In this document: one piece after another, positions 37,884 to 46,670 of the stretch
Layout of the letters: every line of letters begins with the position of its first letter
Numbering within the stretch: the first letter of the stretch is position 1
From: Gemmatimonadaceae bacterium
GTDB lineage: Bacteria > Gemmatimonadota > Gemmatimonadetes > Gemmatimonadales > Gemmatimonadaceae
Reading direction: 5' to 3'
DNA: 64,000 bases
Assembly (NCBI GenBank): GCA_046262755.1
Contig: JBHEME010000001.1
Span: forward strand, 42,250 to 106,249
Program-made: the position numbers and the translations under genes
The notes under the pieces: generated by a model
What the model was told of the DNA's origin: nothing
Seen by the model: the letters and a program-made list of their open reading frames with translations, nothing else
The model's database searches: none

Positions 37884-39278
37884 TCAGCGCGACATCATGA
37901 AATGCAGCATGTCGGATCGCGTAACGATTCCCTGAACCTTTCCGTGCTCCTGTACCAGCACTGCCGGATTAGCCTTGGATAAAAGCTTCACAACACTATC
38001 GACGGGCTGATCCGATGAGATTACAGGGAAGGGAGAGTCCATGATTTCACTTACCGTCGTGTCGAGTAGCTTGGGGTTTTCGAGGCTTTTCTGCGACAAC
38101 GACCAGTCACTTACGGATCCGACACAGTTCCCGCCTTCCATGACCGGGAGCTGGGAAACATCATGCAGAGTCATCAGGCCAATGGCCTGCCGCACTGTTG
38201 CACCTGGCGCCACGCTGACCACCGCGGGCGCCACTCCGTTTTTTCTCCCCAGGACGCTGTGTAACGCCACCCTCGGAGCATCGAGCATCTGGTTCTCGCG
38301 CATCCATTCGTCATTGTAAAGCTTCGACAGGTAGCGCTCACCCGTATCGCAGAGAAAAGTGACAACGAGCGCCTTGGGATCATCTATCTCGCGCGCAAGC
38401 TTGAGCGCGACCGAAGTGATGAGTCCCGACGATCCACCAACGAATAAACCCTCTTCACGCGTGAGCCGCCGTGCCATTGCGAACGAGTCCTTGTCACTCA
38501 CAGTGTGATATTCGTCGATCACGCTCAGATCGAGTGTTCCCGGTAGTTTGTCCTGACCAATTCCTTCGACTTTGTAGGGCGTGCCTTCGATCTTGTTCTT
38601 TCCTTTGCTCCGCCAGTACTCAGCCAGTATCGAGCCGGCAGGATCGCCGGCAATCACCTTAACCTTCTTATTACGCTCCTTGAGGTAGCGTCCGGCGCCA
38701 GTAAGCGTACCACCGGTTCCCGCTGACGCTACGAAGTGAGTGATCCTGCCCTCAGTCTGTTCCCAGAGCTCCGGACCCGTCGTGGCGTAGTGAGCATCCG
38801 GGTTTGCCTCGTTGTAAAACTGATCGGCCAGAATCGCATTCGGTGTTTCTTGCGCGATTCGCTTTGCCATCATCACGTAGTTATCGGGATGATCGGGAGG
38901 TACTGCTGTCGGCGTGACAATTACCTCGGCGCCAAAAGCTTTTAGCAGTCGGACTTTTTCCTGGGACATTTTGTCCGGCATTGTGAAGATGCACCGGTAT
39001 CCTCGCAGCGCTGCCGCGATTGCCAGTCCGACTCCCGTGTTGCCGCTCGTCCCTTCGACTATCGTCCCGCCGGGCTTGAGCCTGCCTTCTTTTTCTGCAC
39101 GCTCGATAATCGGCATTCCGATACGATCCTTCACCGAACCGCCGGGATTGAAGAACTCTGCCTTTGCGTATACGGGGGTGCGGATACCACGCGTGATGTG
39201 GCTCAGCTTGATGAGGGGCGTCCATCCAATTGTGTCCAGCACACTCTCATAGGGGCGGCGATGCCGTTCGTATCTCAT
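37884..39278 (-). CDS. Cystathionine beta-synthase-type PLP enzyme with a C-terminal CBS domain pair
   Basis: The 464-aa ORF has a cysteine-synthase fold (NPGGSVKDRIG, TSGNTGVGLA, GTGGT) followed by two CBS domains. Its start overlaps the upstream stop as TAATG. Confidence 0.85.
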   Translation of the reverse strand: MRYERHRRPYESVLDTIGWTPLIKLSHITRGIRTPVYAKAEFFNPGGSVKDRIGMPIIERAEKEGRLKPGGTIVEGTSGNTGVGLAIAAALRGYRCIFTMPDKMSQEKVRLLKAFGAEVIVTPTAVPPDHPDNYVMMAKRIAQETPNAILADQFYNEANPDAHYATTGPELWEQTEGRITHFVASAGTGGTLTGAGRYLKERNKKVKVIAGDPAGSILAEYWRSKGKNKIEGTPYKVEGIGQDKLPGTLDLSVIDEYHTVSDKDSFAMARRLTREEGLFVGGSSGLITSVALKLAREIDDPKALVVTFLCDTGERYLSKLYNDEWMRENQMLDAPRVALHSVLGRKNGVAPAVVSVAPGATVRQAIGLMTLHDVSQLPVMEGGNCVGSVSDWSLSQKSLENPKLLDTTVSEIMDSPFPVISSDQPVDSVVKLLSKANPAVLVQEHGKVQGIVTRSDMLHFMMSR

Positions 39279-39826
39279 TAGCGGCGGCTTCGGCTTTTCG
39301 TGGTTTTCGGAGCCCGCTTCGTGGATTTGGCCGCAGTTGTCTTGGAGGTGTCTGGTTTCGCGCTATCCAGCGGTTTTGTAATGGCGGCGGTTGTCGAATC
39401 CCTCTTGATCAGAGAATCGCCCGCCAGCGGCGGCGCGTCGGGGTGCCGGAAAAAAACAGGCAGGAGAATCGATACTGGAACTGGCTGCCCCTGAGTCTTC
39501 GCTGGCTCGAATTTCAGATCGCGCGATCCTTTCATCGCGGCGGAGTCGAGCGCATTGAATCCACTCGTTTCGGCGACACGTGTGGAATCCGCGACGATCT
39601 GACCATCCCGATCGATATAAATCCGAAGCGTCACATTCCCTTGGACTTTCTGCGCATAGAGCGCGGGTGGGTACCGGAATGGTAGTTCCTTATTGAGCAT
39701 AACCGGCGCTACATCTGGTTGCCTTCCCACAGTTTGAAAAGGAAGGCCGGATTTATCGCCGTTCTTGCACCCCGATGCTGAGAGAGTCGCGAACAGTCCG
39801 ACGAATGTTGCAATTCGTGCAGACAT
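39278..39826 (-). CDS. TonB C-terminal domain lipoprotein (energy transducer TonB family)
   Basis: The 182-aa ORF has a lipobox-like LSASGC. The TonB_C pattern is YPPALYAQKVQGNVTLRIYIDRDGQI...SGFNALDSAAMKGSRDLKFEPA. Confidence 0.75.
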   Translation of the reverse strand: MSARIATFVGLFATLSASGCKNGDKSGLPFQTVGRQPDVAPVMLNKELPFRYPPALYAQKVQGNVTLRIYIDRDGQIVADSTRVAETSGFNALDSAAMKGSRDLKFEPAKTQGQPVPVSILLPVFFRHPDAPPLAGDSLIKRDSTTAAITKPLDSAKPDTSKTTAAKSTKRAPKTTKSRSRR

Positions 39827-39828
39827 GC

Positions 39829-42462
39829 TCAGCTCTGGCCTCGGTCGCTCTTCGCATTGTCTACCAGTCGCGCAAGCGTCGCGATCGCCGCCATTGGTGT
39901 CATCGTGTTTGGGTCGAGTTTCCTGAGCTGGTCGACTACCGGATGCGGCATGAGTCCGAATAACGCGAGCTGATCCGGTGAATTGGTTTGCATTCCCGGC
40001 GGGGTGCGGCCTGATCGGGGCACGATCTGTTCCGCTTCGAGGAGGGCGAGCAGCTCCCGGGCCCGGGCGAGTACCTCTGGCGGTAACCCGGCGAGTCTCC
40101 CCACTTCGATTCCATACGAGCGGTCGGCGCCGCCCGGTGCCAGTCGATGGAGAAACAGCACTTCGTCACCCACCTCACGGACCTGCACATTATAGTTCCT
40201 AACTGCTACTAAACTGTCCGCCAACTGCGTAAGTTCGTGATAGTGCGTCGCAAAGATTGTCTTACATCCGACCTCGTTGTGCAGATGCTCGCTCACGGAC
40301 CACGCGATCGAGATTCCATCGTACGTCGACGTGCCGCGTCCGATTTCGTCGAGAAGCACCAGACTTCGTTTGGTTGCGGTATGCAGTATGGCGCTAGTCT
40401 CCGACATCTCGACCATGAACGTCGACTGGCCCCGCACGAGATTGTCACTCGCTCCCACTCTCGTAAAAAGCCGATCGACCAGGGGAATCCGAGCTCGGTT
40501 CGCCGGGACGAAGCTTCCCACATGCGCCATCAAAACGATCAGACCGACTTGGCGCAGAATTGTGGATTTTCCAGCCATGTTTGGCCCAGTCAGGATCATG
40601 ATTCGCGCGTCTTCGCTCAGCTGCACGTCGTTAGGAATAAATTTCTCACGCGGCATCATTCTCTCGACTACGGGATGCCGTCCTCCAGTTATGTCCAGCA
40701 CGAACTCGTCGTTGAGTTCGGGACGCACATAGCCTTCACGGCTCGCGGCCTCAGCGAACGACGCAAATACGTCAAGCTCGGCTATGATCCGCGCGACTGA
40801 CTGAAAGCGCGCAACCTCGCCACCTATGCGCCTTCGCAGATCTTCGAATAGCTCGCTCTCACGCTGTTCGACGTGCTCTGCGGCTGTCAGCACCCGCTCC
40901 TCATACTCCTTTAGAGCAGGTGTGACATAACGCTCGGCACCAGTAAGCGTCTGCCGTCTCTGATAATCGGCTGGTACGAGGTGTGAGTTGCTGTTCGTCA
41001 CCTCGATGAAGTATCCAAAAACTTTGTTATAACCGACTTTCAGCGAGCCTATCCCTGTTCTGTCTCGCTCTGCGGCCTGGATCCTGGCAATGCCGTCCTT
41101 GCCTCCATCGCGAAGTGCCCGCCATTCATCGAGCTGGGCATCGACTCCGGCACGGATGCTAGGCTCCTCCCCGATTGCCACCGGTGGACGATCCACAAGG
41201 CATCTCATTATCTCGTCGCACAAATCATCACAGCCATCCCACGCCGAAATCGATTCCGCGAATGCATTCGAGCCCCGCGCCATCGCCGTGTTCCGGCTCT
41301 TTTCGAGCGCAGCCAGGAGAGCGGGCAGGCGCGCCATGGAGTCGCCGAGCGCACGCAGCTCCCGTGGAGACGCGCGACCGGCAGCCGCCTTTCCCGCAAG
41401 CCGCTCAACATCGCGGACGCCATCAAGCGCGTCGCGCATCGCGCTCCGCAGCAGTGGGTCAATCAAACCTTCCACAGCGTCGAGCCTGGCTTCGATCTGC
41501 TTCCGCGTGACGAGCGGCGCGAGAAGCCACTGTCTCATCAAACGCGCTCCCATCGGAGTCAGCGTGCGGTCGAGAACACCCAGAAGGGTGCCGGAGACTT
41601 CTCCTCCTCGCAGAGACTCTACGAGCTCGAGATTTCTTCTCGTCATCGCGTCGAGTGGCATGCTGCTTCCCAAGCGTTCGATTCGGGGGCGAGCGAGATG
41701 CGGCATGCCTGCGGGTTGTAGCTCCTCCAGATATTTGAGGAGAGCACCGGCCGCGCCCAGCGCTACACGATCGGCTGGCTCTACGCCAAATGCTTCCAAC
41801 GAAGCCACTCGAAAACGTCGAGTCAATTCGTCGTGCCCGAGATCCGAATCGAATTCCCAGGCTTCACGGATCGTGACGAGGGGGCCTTCTTCGCCTGGAG
41901 GTCCTTTCAACAGTTCGTCTACCTTTCGACCAGCTGGTACTATCACTTCCCGTGGATTCAAGCGAGAAAAAACGGACTCTGCATCGTTTGCCGAGGTCGT
42001 TGTCAGCCTGAGCTCACCCGTTGAGAGGTCCGTCGCAGCAATCCCTACACAATCACCCTCCTGCAGCACCGCGCAGAGGTAGTTGTTGCGCATTCCATCC
42101 AAAAGATCGTCTGAGAATGCGGCCCCGGGAGTAATCGTCTCGACGACTTCCCGTCTCACGATTCCTTTCGCAAGCCGCGGATCTTCGGTCTGTTCGCAGA
42201 TCGAGACACGGTATCCGTGTTGTATCAGGCGGCGCAGATAGTCACCAGCCGCCTTTACGGGCACACCTGCCAGCGGGACCTCACTGGCTCCGCCGTTGTT
42301 CCGCGAAGTCAGAGTCAAACCCAGTGTACGCGACGCGACTTCCGCGTCCTCGTAAAACATTTCGTAGAAGTCGCCCATCCGAAAGAACAGTATCGCGTCT
42401 TGATGACGCGATTTGATCTCCCGGTACTGCTGCATCAACGGCGTTGACGTCCCGCCTTTCAC
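39829..42462 (-). CDS. mutS: DNA mismatch repair protein MutS
   Basis: The 877-aa ORF has a GTG start. It contains TPLMQQYREIK, FFRMGDFYE, Walker A GPNMAGKST and STFMVEM. Confidence 0.95.
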   Translation of the reverse strand: MKGGTSTPLMQQYREIKSRHQDAILFFRMGDFYEMFYEDAEVASRTLGLTLTSRNNGGASEVPLAGVPVKAAGDYLRRLIQHGYRVSICEQTEDPRLAKGIVRREVVETITPGAAFSDDLLDGMRNNYLCAVLQEGDCVGIAATDLSTGELRLTTTSANDAESVFSRLNPREVIVPAGRKVDELLKGPPGEEGPLVTIREAWEFDSDLGHDELTRRFRVASLEAFGVEPADRVALGAAGALLKYLEELQPAGMPHLARPRIERLGSSMPLDAMTRRNLELVESLRGGEVSGTLLGVLDRTLTPMGARLMRQWLLAPLVTRKQIEARLDAVEGLIDPLLRSAMRDALDGVRDVERLAGKAAAGRASPRELRALGDSMARLPALLAALEKSRNTAMARGSNAFAESISAWDGCDDLCDEIMRCLVDRPPVAIGEEPSIRAGVDAQLDEWRALRDGGKDGIARIQAAERDRTGIGSLKVGYNKVFGYFIEVTNSNSHLVPADYQRRQTLTGAERYVTPALKEYEERVLTAAEHVEQRESELFEDLRRRIGGEVARFQSVARIIAELDVFASFAEAASREGYVRPELNDEFVLDITGGRHPVVERMMPREKFIPNDVQLSEDARIMILTGPNMAGKSTILRQVGLIVLMAHVGSFVPANRARIPLVDRLFTRVGASDNLVRGQSTFMVEMSETSAILHTATKRSLVLLDEIGRGTSTYDGISIAWSVSEHLHNEVGCKTIFATHYHELTQLADSLVAVRNYNVQVREVGDEVLFLHRLAPGGADRSYGIEVGRLAGLPPEVLARARELLALLEAEQIVPRSGRTPPGMQTNSPDQLALFGLMPHPVVDQLRKLDPNTMTPMAAIATLARLVDNAKSDRGQS

Positions 42463-43505
42463 CGCTCCGGCACTCTAAGGACGAAGCCATCCATGCGCTT
42501 CGCCTTGATTTTCTTTAGCGCTTCTTCAGCTTGTCCAACCGTTGCATACCTGCCAATACGAACACGGAATGGCGCGACATCCCCATCCACCCTCGCCTCG
42601 TAACCACGCGATCGGAGATTCGAAGCCAGTTTGTCGGCTTCGCCTCTGTGGTTGTATGCGGCGACCTGTACGGAATATCGATTTCCGGAGATTGGCCTAG
42701 TTTCCGACTTTGCTGCGGTCGCGGGTTTGGAAACTGCTTCTGTCTTCGGCTGAGTAGTGACACCTTGTTTTGCTTCTTTACTCTCTACGGGAATTGGAGG
42801 TGAAGGAGTGTCGACACGAGCGCGATCTGATGGGAGTGGGTTGTCTACAACTGTCGAAGGAGTTGAAGACGCAGATGCTTGGCCGGATGTCTTCACCGGG
42901 TCTGAGAGGGTTGGGTTATTCGCTGTGGCACGGCTGACATTATAGGAAGTACAGCGCTGCGCCTGGTACTGTATCTGGTTCTGGAGCTCGATTTCTCCCG
43001 CGCCTGCCTGTGCGAGGGCTGCAGCATTTGCGGCGCACGCGTTGGGAATATCGTTCTTCTCAAAAAGCACCCGCGCCGTCCAGTAGCTCGCTCTCGCCAG
43101 TGATTTACTGCGAGGATAATCCCGCGGAATTCGCTGCAGGTGGCCCAGCGCACCATCACGGTCCCCCCGGGCAAGCTCCAGTTGCGCCAGACGTAGAAGC
43201 GCATCTTCTGCCTGTGGCGCGAGCGGGTAGTCTACGACGATGTGTTTGTAATCGCTTTCGGCATCAGCCGCACTGGCCGCAAGTGTGGCCCGCCAGAAAA
43301 GAGCTTCGGGATAGATCCGGGAAGCCGGTGAATTTGCGTTGATCACGGAATCCACCAACGCTCTCCCCGCTGCTCCGTTGCCATCGCTCACAAGGTCCTG
43401 CGCTCTGACGAAGACGGGATCCGTCGGGCGCGCTGGTGCTTGTGCCCTCGCGAGGGGAGCCACTAGACTGACCAGAACACTGCTCCAAATGGTCCATCTA
43501 AACAT
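42459..43505 (-). CDS. Exported TPR-like + C-terminal SPOR domain protein
   Basis: The 348-aa ORF has a signal peptide and TPR-like helices. The SPOR-type C-terminus reads YSVQVAAYNHRGEADKLASNLRSRGYEARV...FRVRIGRY. It shares a 4-nt GTGA overlap with mutS. Confidence 0.7.
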   Translation of the reverse strand: MFRWTIWSSVLVSLVAPLARAQAPARPTDPVFVRAQDLVSDGNGAAGRALVDSVINANSPASRIYPEALFWRATLAASAADAESDYKHIVVDYPLAPQAEDALLRLAQLELARGDRDGALGHLQRIPRDYPRSKSLARASYWTARVLFEKNDIPNACAANAAALAQAGAGEIELQNQIQYQAQRCTSYNVSRATANNPTLSDPVKTSGQASASSTPSTVVDNPLPSDRARVDTPSPPIPVESKEAKQGVTTQPKTEAVSKPATAAKSETRPISGNRYSVQVAAYNHRGEADKLASNLRSRGYEARVDGDVAPFRVRIGRYATVGQAEEALKKIKAKRMDGFVLRVPER

Positions 43506-43523
43506 CGTCCTTCTCCTATTGCT

Positions 43524-44585
43524 TCATGCAGCTGCACTTTTCACTTCGGCTGCGCACAAGCTCAATATCACCGTGGCTAGTAACTGCTCTTCGGATGAGA
43601 CTTTGCTCTCCTTCAAGGCAATGTCCGCGTCGAGCAGGAAGTCGACCGCATCTTCCAATGCTTCTCGGCTCCAGCGCTCAGCAGCACGGGTCCACACGGC
43701 AGTTGCCGACCCCCATGACCTTCCGGTAAAGGCGCTGGTTTCTCTGAGCAGATCGAAATATTCCTGGTTCAATCGCGATCTCGACACGCCTTCATCGAGC
43801 TTGGCGCGGCCCCATGCAATTCCCAGCATTTGGGTGGACAACGCCATGACCACGGAGACAGCCGTTGTTTTCGGCTGCCCCAGAATGTGAGGAACAAGCT
43901 CCAGGGCTCTCGTCACATTTCGATCCGCGACTGCGTCAAGCAGATCAGCCTGTGTCTCGCCACGCCGCACTCCGACAATTGCAGCCACTGCATCTTCCCC
44001 GATTTCCTCCTGGTGTCCCTGGACGAAGCTCGCAAGTTTGTCCAGCTCACCGGCGAGCTGGTGCAGGTCACTTCCCACCGCTGCTTGCAGCAGTTCACTC
44101 GCTGCGTCGGTTATCCCAACGCCGAGTTCCGTGCGGGCATAGTGCGAGATCCACTTCGGCACCCTATCACCGGTCAGCGGGTCGAACTGAAGCTGTGTCG
44201 TCAGCTTGGTGAGCGCGACATCGGATTTCGCCCCGGCTGGACATGTCAGAATAAGTAGAAGATCCGGAGCGGGATCTCTTAGATAGGAATCAAGAACCTT
44301 TCGGGTGTCCTTTTTGAGGCCGCCTACGTCTTTGACGATGACTATCCGGCGGTCTGCCATCATCGGCGGAGTAGATAGCAACACCGCAAGAGTTTCTGCG
44401 TCCAGATCGGCCGCCGTTCGAGTATCGAGATTGAAATCGCGGGCTGAGCCATCGAGTGATGATTGCACCAGCTGCTTGACCGCGTCGTCCTTTTGGTAGT
44501 CGTCCTCGCCCGAAATGAAGTAAGCGCCGTCGAAAGACCGGCGCTTGATAGCTTCACGAAGAATCTTGAGAGAAGAAGCCGACAT
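43524..44585 (-). CDS. holA: DNA polymerase III delta subunit
   Basis: The 353-aa ORF contains YFISGEDDYQKDDAVKQL and a typical HolA layout. Confidence 0.8.
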   Translation of the reverse strand: MSASSLKILREAIKRRSFDGAYFISGEDDYQKDDAVKQLVQSSLDGSARDFNLDTRTAADLDAETLAVLLSTPPMMADRRIVIVKDVGGLKKDTRKVLDSYLRDPAPDLLLILTCPAGAKSDVALTKLTTQLQFDPLTGDRVPKWISHYARTELGVGITDAASELLQAAVGSDLHQLAGELDKLASFVQGHQEEIGEDAVAAIVGVRRGETQADLLDAVADRNVTRALELVPHILGQPKTTAVSVVMALSTQMLGIAWGRAKLDEGVSRSRLNQEYFDLLRETSAFTGRSWGSATAVWTRAAERWSREALEDAVDFLLDADIALKESKVSSEEQLLATVILSLCAAEVKSAAA

Positions 44586-44633
44586 TCTCCAAATATACGG
44601 TCGCTCTCATCCGCTGCGGATGCCTTGCGGCTT

Positions 44634-45170
44634 TTAGCGTGTGTAGTTCGTGAGCTCGAGCCTGGAGTGTGCAAACCTCACTGGCGCCTGCTCAGCGAAA
44701 AGTGCTGCGGGCCAGATGCTGAGACCCGCAGAAACTGACGCCACGATAGCCGGGCTTGAAGTGGCAATTGGCGTTAGTTCGGGCTCGGGAAGGGTCGCGA
44801 TGACCGGCGGGAGAATAAGGTCGCGAGGCGGATCACGATGGTAGAGCGTACTGCCTATGTACCCGAGCATCACCGCGCTTGCGATGGTGGCGGCAATGGC
44901 TCCCCTACGCAGGTTACGCTGAGTGCCTGCCAGCAGAATGTCATCACTCTGACAATCCTTCAATCTCGCCTGAAGCCGCTGCGAGAATTCGGGAGAAGGC
45001 TCAATGGTGGGAAGATTTCTGACCAGCAGCAGGGCGCGCCGAATCTTTGCATCGTGCTTCGCGCAGTCGCTGCATTCAGCGAGATGACGCTGCATGCGAA
45101 CCAGCTCGATACCGGCAAGGGTATCGTCTACGTAAGCGACGTGCTGATCACTAAATTCGCGACAATCCAT
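44634..45170 (-). CDS. Anti-sigma factor (zf-HC2 type), membrane protein
   Basis: The 178-aa ORF has the Hx3Cx2C motif (HLAECSDCAKH) and a central TM segment (AIAATIASAVMLGYIGSTL). Confidence 0.7.
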   Translation of the reverse strand: MDCREFSDQHVAYVDDTLAGIELVRMQRHLAECSDCAKHDAKIRRALLLVRNLPTIEPSPEFSQRLQARLKDCQSDDILLAGTQRNLRRGAIAATIASAVMLGYIGSTLYHRDPPRDLILPPVIATLPEPELTPIATSSPAIVASVSAGLSIWPAALFAEQAPVRFAHSRLELTNYTR

Positions 45171-45236
45171 GGAGATCGGTTGAGGGTTCGGGAAGAGGTA
45201 CCCATGAGCCGGGCCCCGGTTCCCGAACCAACCGAT

Positions 45237-45875
45237 CTAATCTACGTACGGGGCAATGATTTCCGCGAACGAGTTTCTTGCCCTGTTCAGCCGCGATTTT
45301 ACCGTGCCAAGGTTGCAGTCGGTGATCTCCGCGATCTCTTCGTAGGACTTGCCTTCCAGCTCACGCAGCACAAAGACATTCCGATGGTGTTCCGGCAGTT
45401 TCGCCACACTCGCCTCCACAACTTCTCTCAGGTGGCGCTTGCGGTACATATCGTCGGGACGCGATGTCGTGTCCTCGAACTGTAGCGGGCGATCCTCGTC
45501 CTGGAAATTCTTTTGGACAGTCTGAAACAGCACCAGAGGGTTCCGTGAACGGTTCCTCAGCTCGTTCTTGGCAAGGTTCGACGCAATCGTGTAGACCCAC
45601 GTCGAGAACTTCTTCGAGCGATCGAAACGATGCAGGTGACGATAGACGCGGATGAATACCTCTTGAACGAGGTCTTCTGCCTTTTCCCGATCACCGATGG
45701 TCCGATAGACAAAATTCAGGAGACGCGTCTGGTATCGGGTGACGAGCTCCGAAAATGCCCTCTCCTCCCCACCAAGGAAGGCAGTCACGACGGCTGAGTC
45801 ATCCATCGCCTGCAGCCGTTCCCTGACGGTTGGACCCCCAGCTGGAATCATTTGCTTACGGACGATGTCAGCCAT
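45237..45875 (-). CDS. ECF-type RNA polymerase sigma-70 family factor
   Basis: The 212-aa ORF has AGGAGAG upstream. Region 2 reads DLVQEVFIRVYRHL...STWVYTIASNLAKN and region 4 reads SYEEIAEITDCNLGTVKSRLNRAR. Confidence 0.9.
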   Translation of the reverse strand: MADIVRKQMIPAGGPTVRERLQAMDDSAVVTAFLGGEERAFSELVTRYQTRLLNFVYRTIGDREKAEDLVQEVFIRVYRHLHRFDRSKKFSTWVYTIASNLAKNELRNRSRNPLVLFQTVQKNFQDEDRPLQFEDTTSRPDDMYRKRHLREVVEASVAKLPEHHRNVFVLRELEGKSYEEIAEITDCNLGTVKSRLNRARNSFAEIIAPYVD

Positions 45876-45900
45876 TTCTTCTCTCCTAAATAGAGACGTT

Positions 45901-45918
45901 CACGACAGCTTAGTCGTG
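45901..45918. promoter_or_regulatory. Hairpin/palindrome CACGAC-agctta-GTCGTG in the leader of the ECF sigma gene
   Basis: The element has perfect 6-bp arms and lies 26-43 nt upstream of the start codon at 45875. Confidence 0.25.
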
Positions 45919-46076
45919 CACACTTTAGTGGAACTTTTCCCACTACCATATGATGCAGGCCCCATGCCGAGGACTTGGGTGGGGTAAGCTATTGCTGGAC
46001 AACGTCTTGTGTTCTTGAAACCATTGCCGAGTTTGTCCTGTTTCCGGCACTCCTGTCCTTTTTCCATGACATGTCA

Positions 46077-46099
46077 GGCGTCTTTGTTGATTAGACGCC
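46077..46099 (-). terminator. Hairpin GGCGTCT-(9 nt)-AGACGCC downstream of the NUDIX gene
   Basis: The element has a 7-bp perfect stem and lies 17 nt past the stop at 46116. It has no U-tract, so it is a weak terminator candidate. Confidence 0.3.
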
Positions 46100-46115
46100 A
46101 ACTTGGCTCGAATGG

Positions 46116-46670
46116 TTAACGCCGCGTGCGGAACCCGGCTATATACAGCAGAGCCAAAGCGCTTTTCGCATCCTGGATGTCGCCACCACGAATCATTCCT
46201 AGCGCGCGTGACAGAAGCATTGGTTCAAGATCGAGGAATTCGTCCGCTTCCTGGCTCGCCGTTCCTCGAGTCAGGTCGACCGCCATGAAGACGTGGATCT
46301 TCTCGTCGGTAAAGCCGGGCGTGGTGAACATGGAAAAGAGGTACTCGACGCTGGAAGCGAAATAGCCGGTCTCTTCTTTCAACTCCCGGATCGCACAGTC
46401 CCCTGGAGTTTCGCCTTCATCAAGGCGCCCAGCCGGAATCTCATAGATATAGCCGTCCGCAGCATATCGATATTGACGGATAAGAAGGATTTGTGGGTCC
46501 TCAATGGTGGGATCGCTGAGGAAGGGTACGACTGCGCTTGCACCCGGGTGACGGATCAACTCCAGCTCTCCAACCGATCCGTCGGGGAAGCGAACCTTGT
46601 CGACGTCCAGCGAGATTATTCTCCCGGTGTAGGCTCTATAGGATCCTACCCGTCCGGGTTCACCGGCCAT
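46116..46670 (-). CDS. NUDIX hydrolase (ADP-ribose pyrophosphatase-like)
   Basis: The Nudix box is GRLDEGETPGDCAIRELKEETGY. The start is at internal Met21 (MAGEPGRV...), which overlaps the upstream gene stop by 11 nt. Confidence 0.85.
   Translation of the reverse strand: MAGEPGRVGSYRAYTGRIISLDVDKVRFPDGSVGELELIRHPGASAVVPFLSDPTIEDPQILLIRQYRYAADGYIYEIPAGRLDEGETPGDCAIRELKEETGYFASSVEYLFSMFTTPGFTDEKIHVFMAVDLTRGTASQEADEFLDLEPMLLSRALGMIRGGDIQDAKSALALLYIAGFRTRR

Noticed and set aside
41090-42082. A 330-aa plus-strand ORF antisense to mutS. Similar long antisense ORFs occur at 8992..9642, 26027..26575, 25947..26558 and 3984..4526.
   Set aside because: The translations are Ser/Arg/Pro/Ala-rich low-complexity strings with no motifs. 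They lie fully inside well-supported genes on the other strand or in another frame. This is typical of stop-codon-poor alternative frames in GC-rich DNA.
45900-46067. A 55-aa minus-strand ORF (MEKGQECRKQDKLGNGF...) in the leader of the second ECF sigma gene.
   Set aside because: It has no SD and no hydrophobic core or motif, and its third-position composition looks unlike neighbouring genes. It is more likely noncoding leader. It would need conservation evidence.
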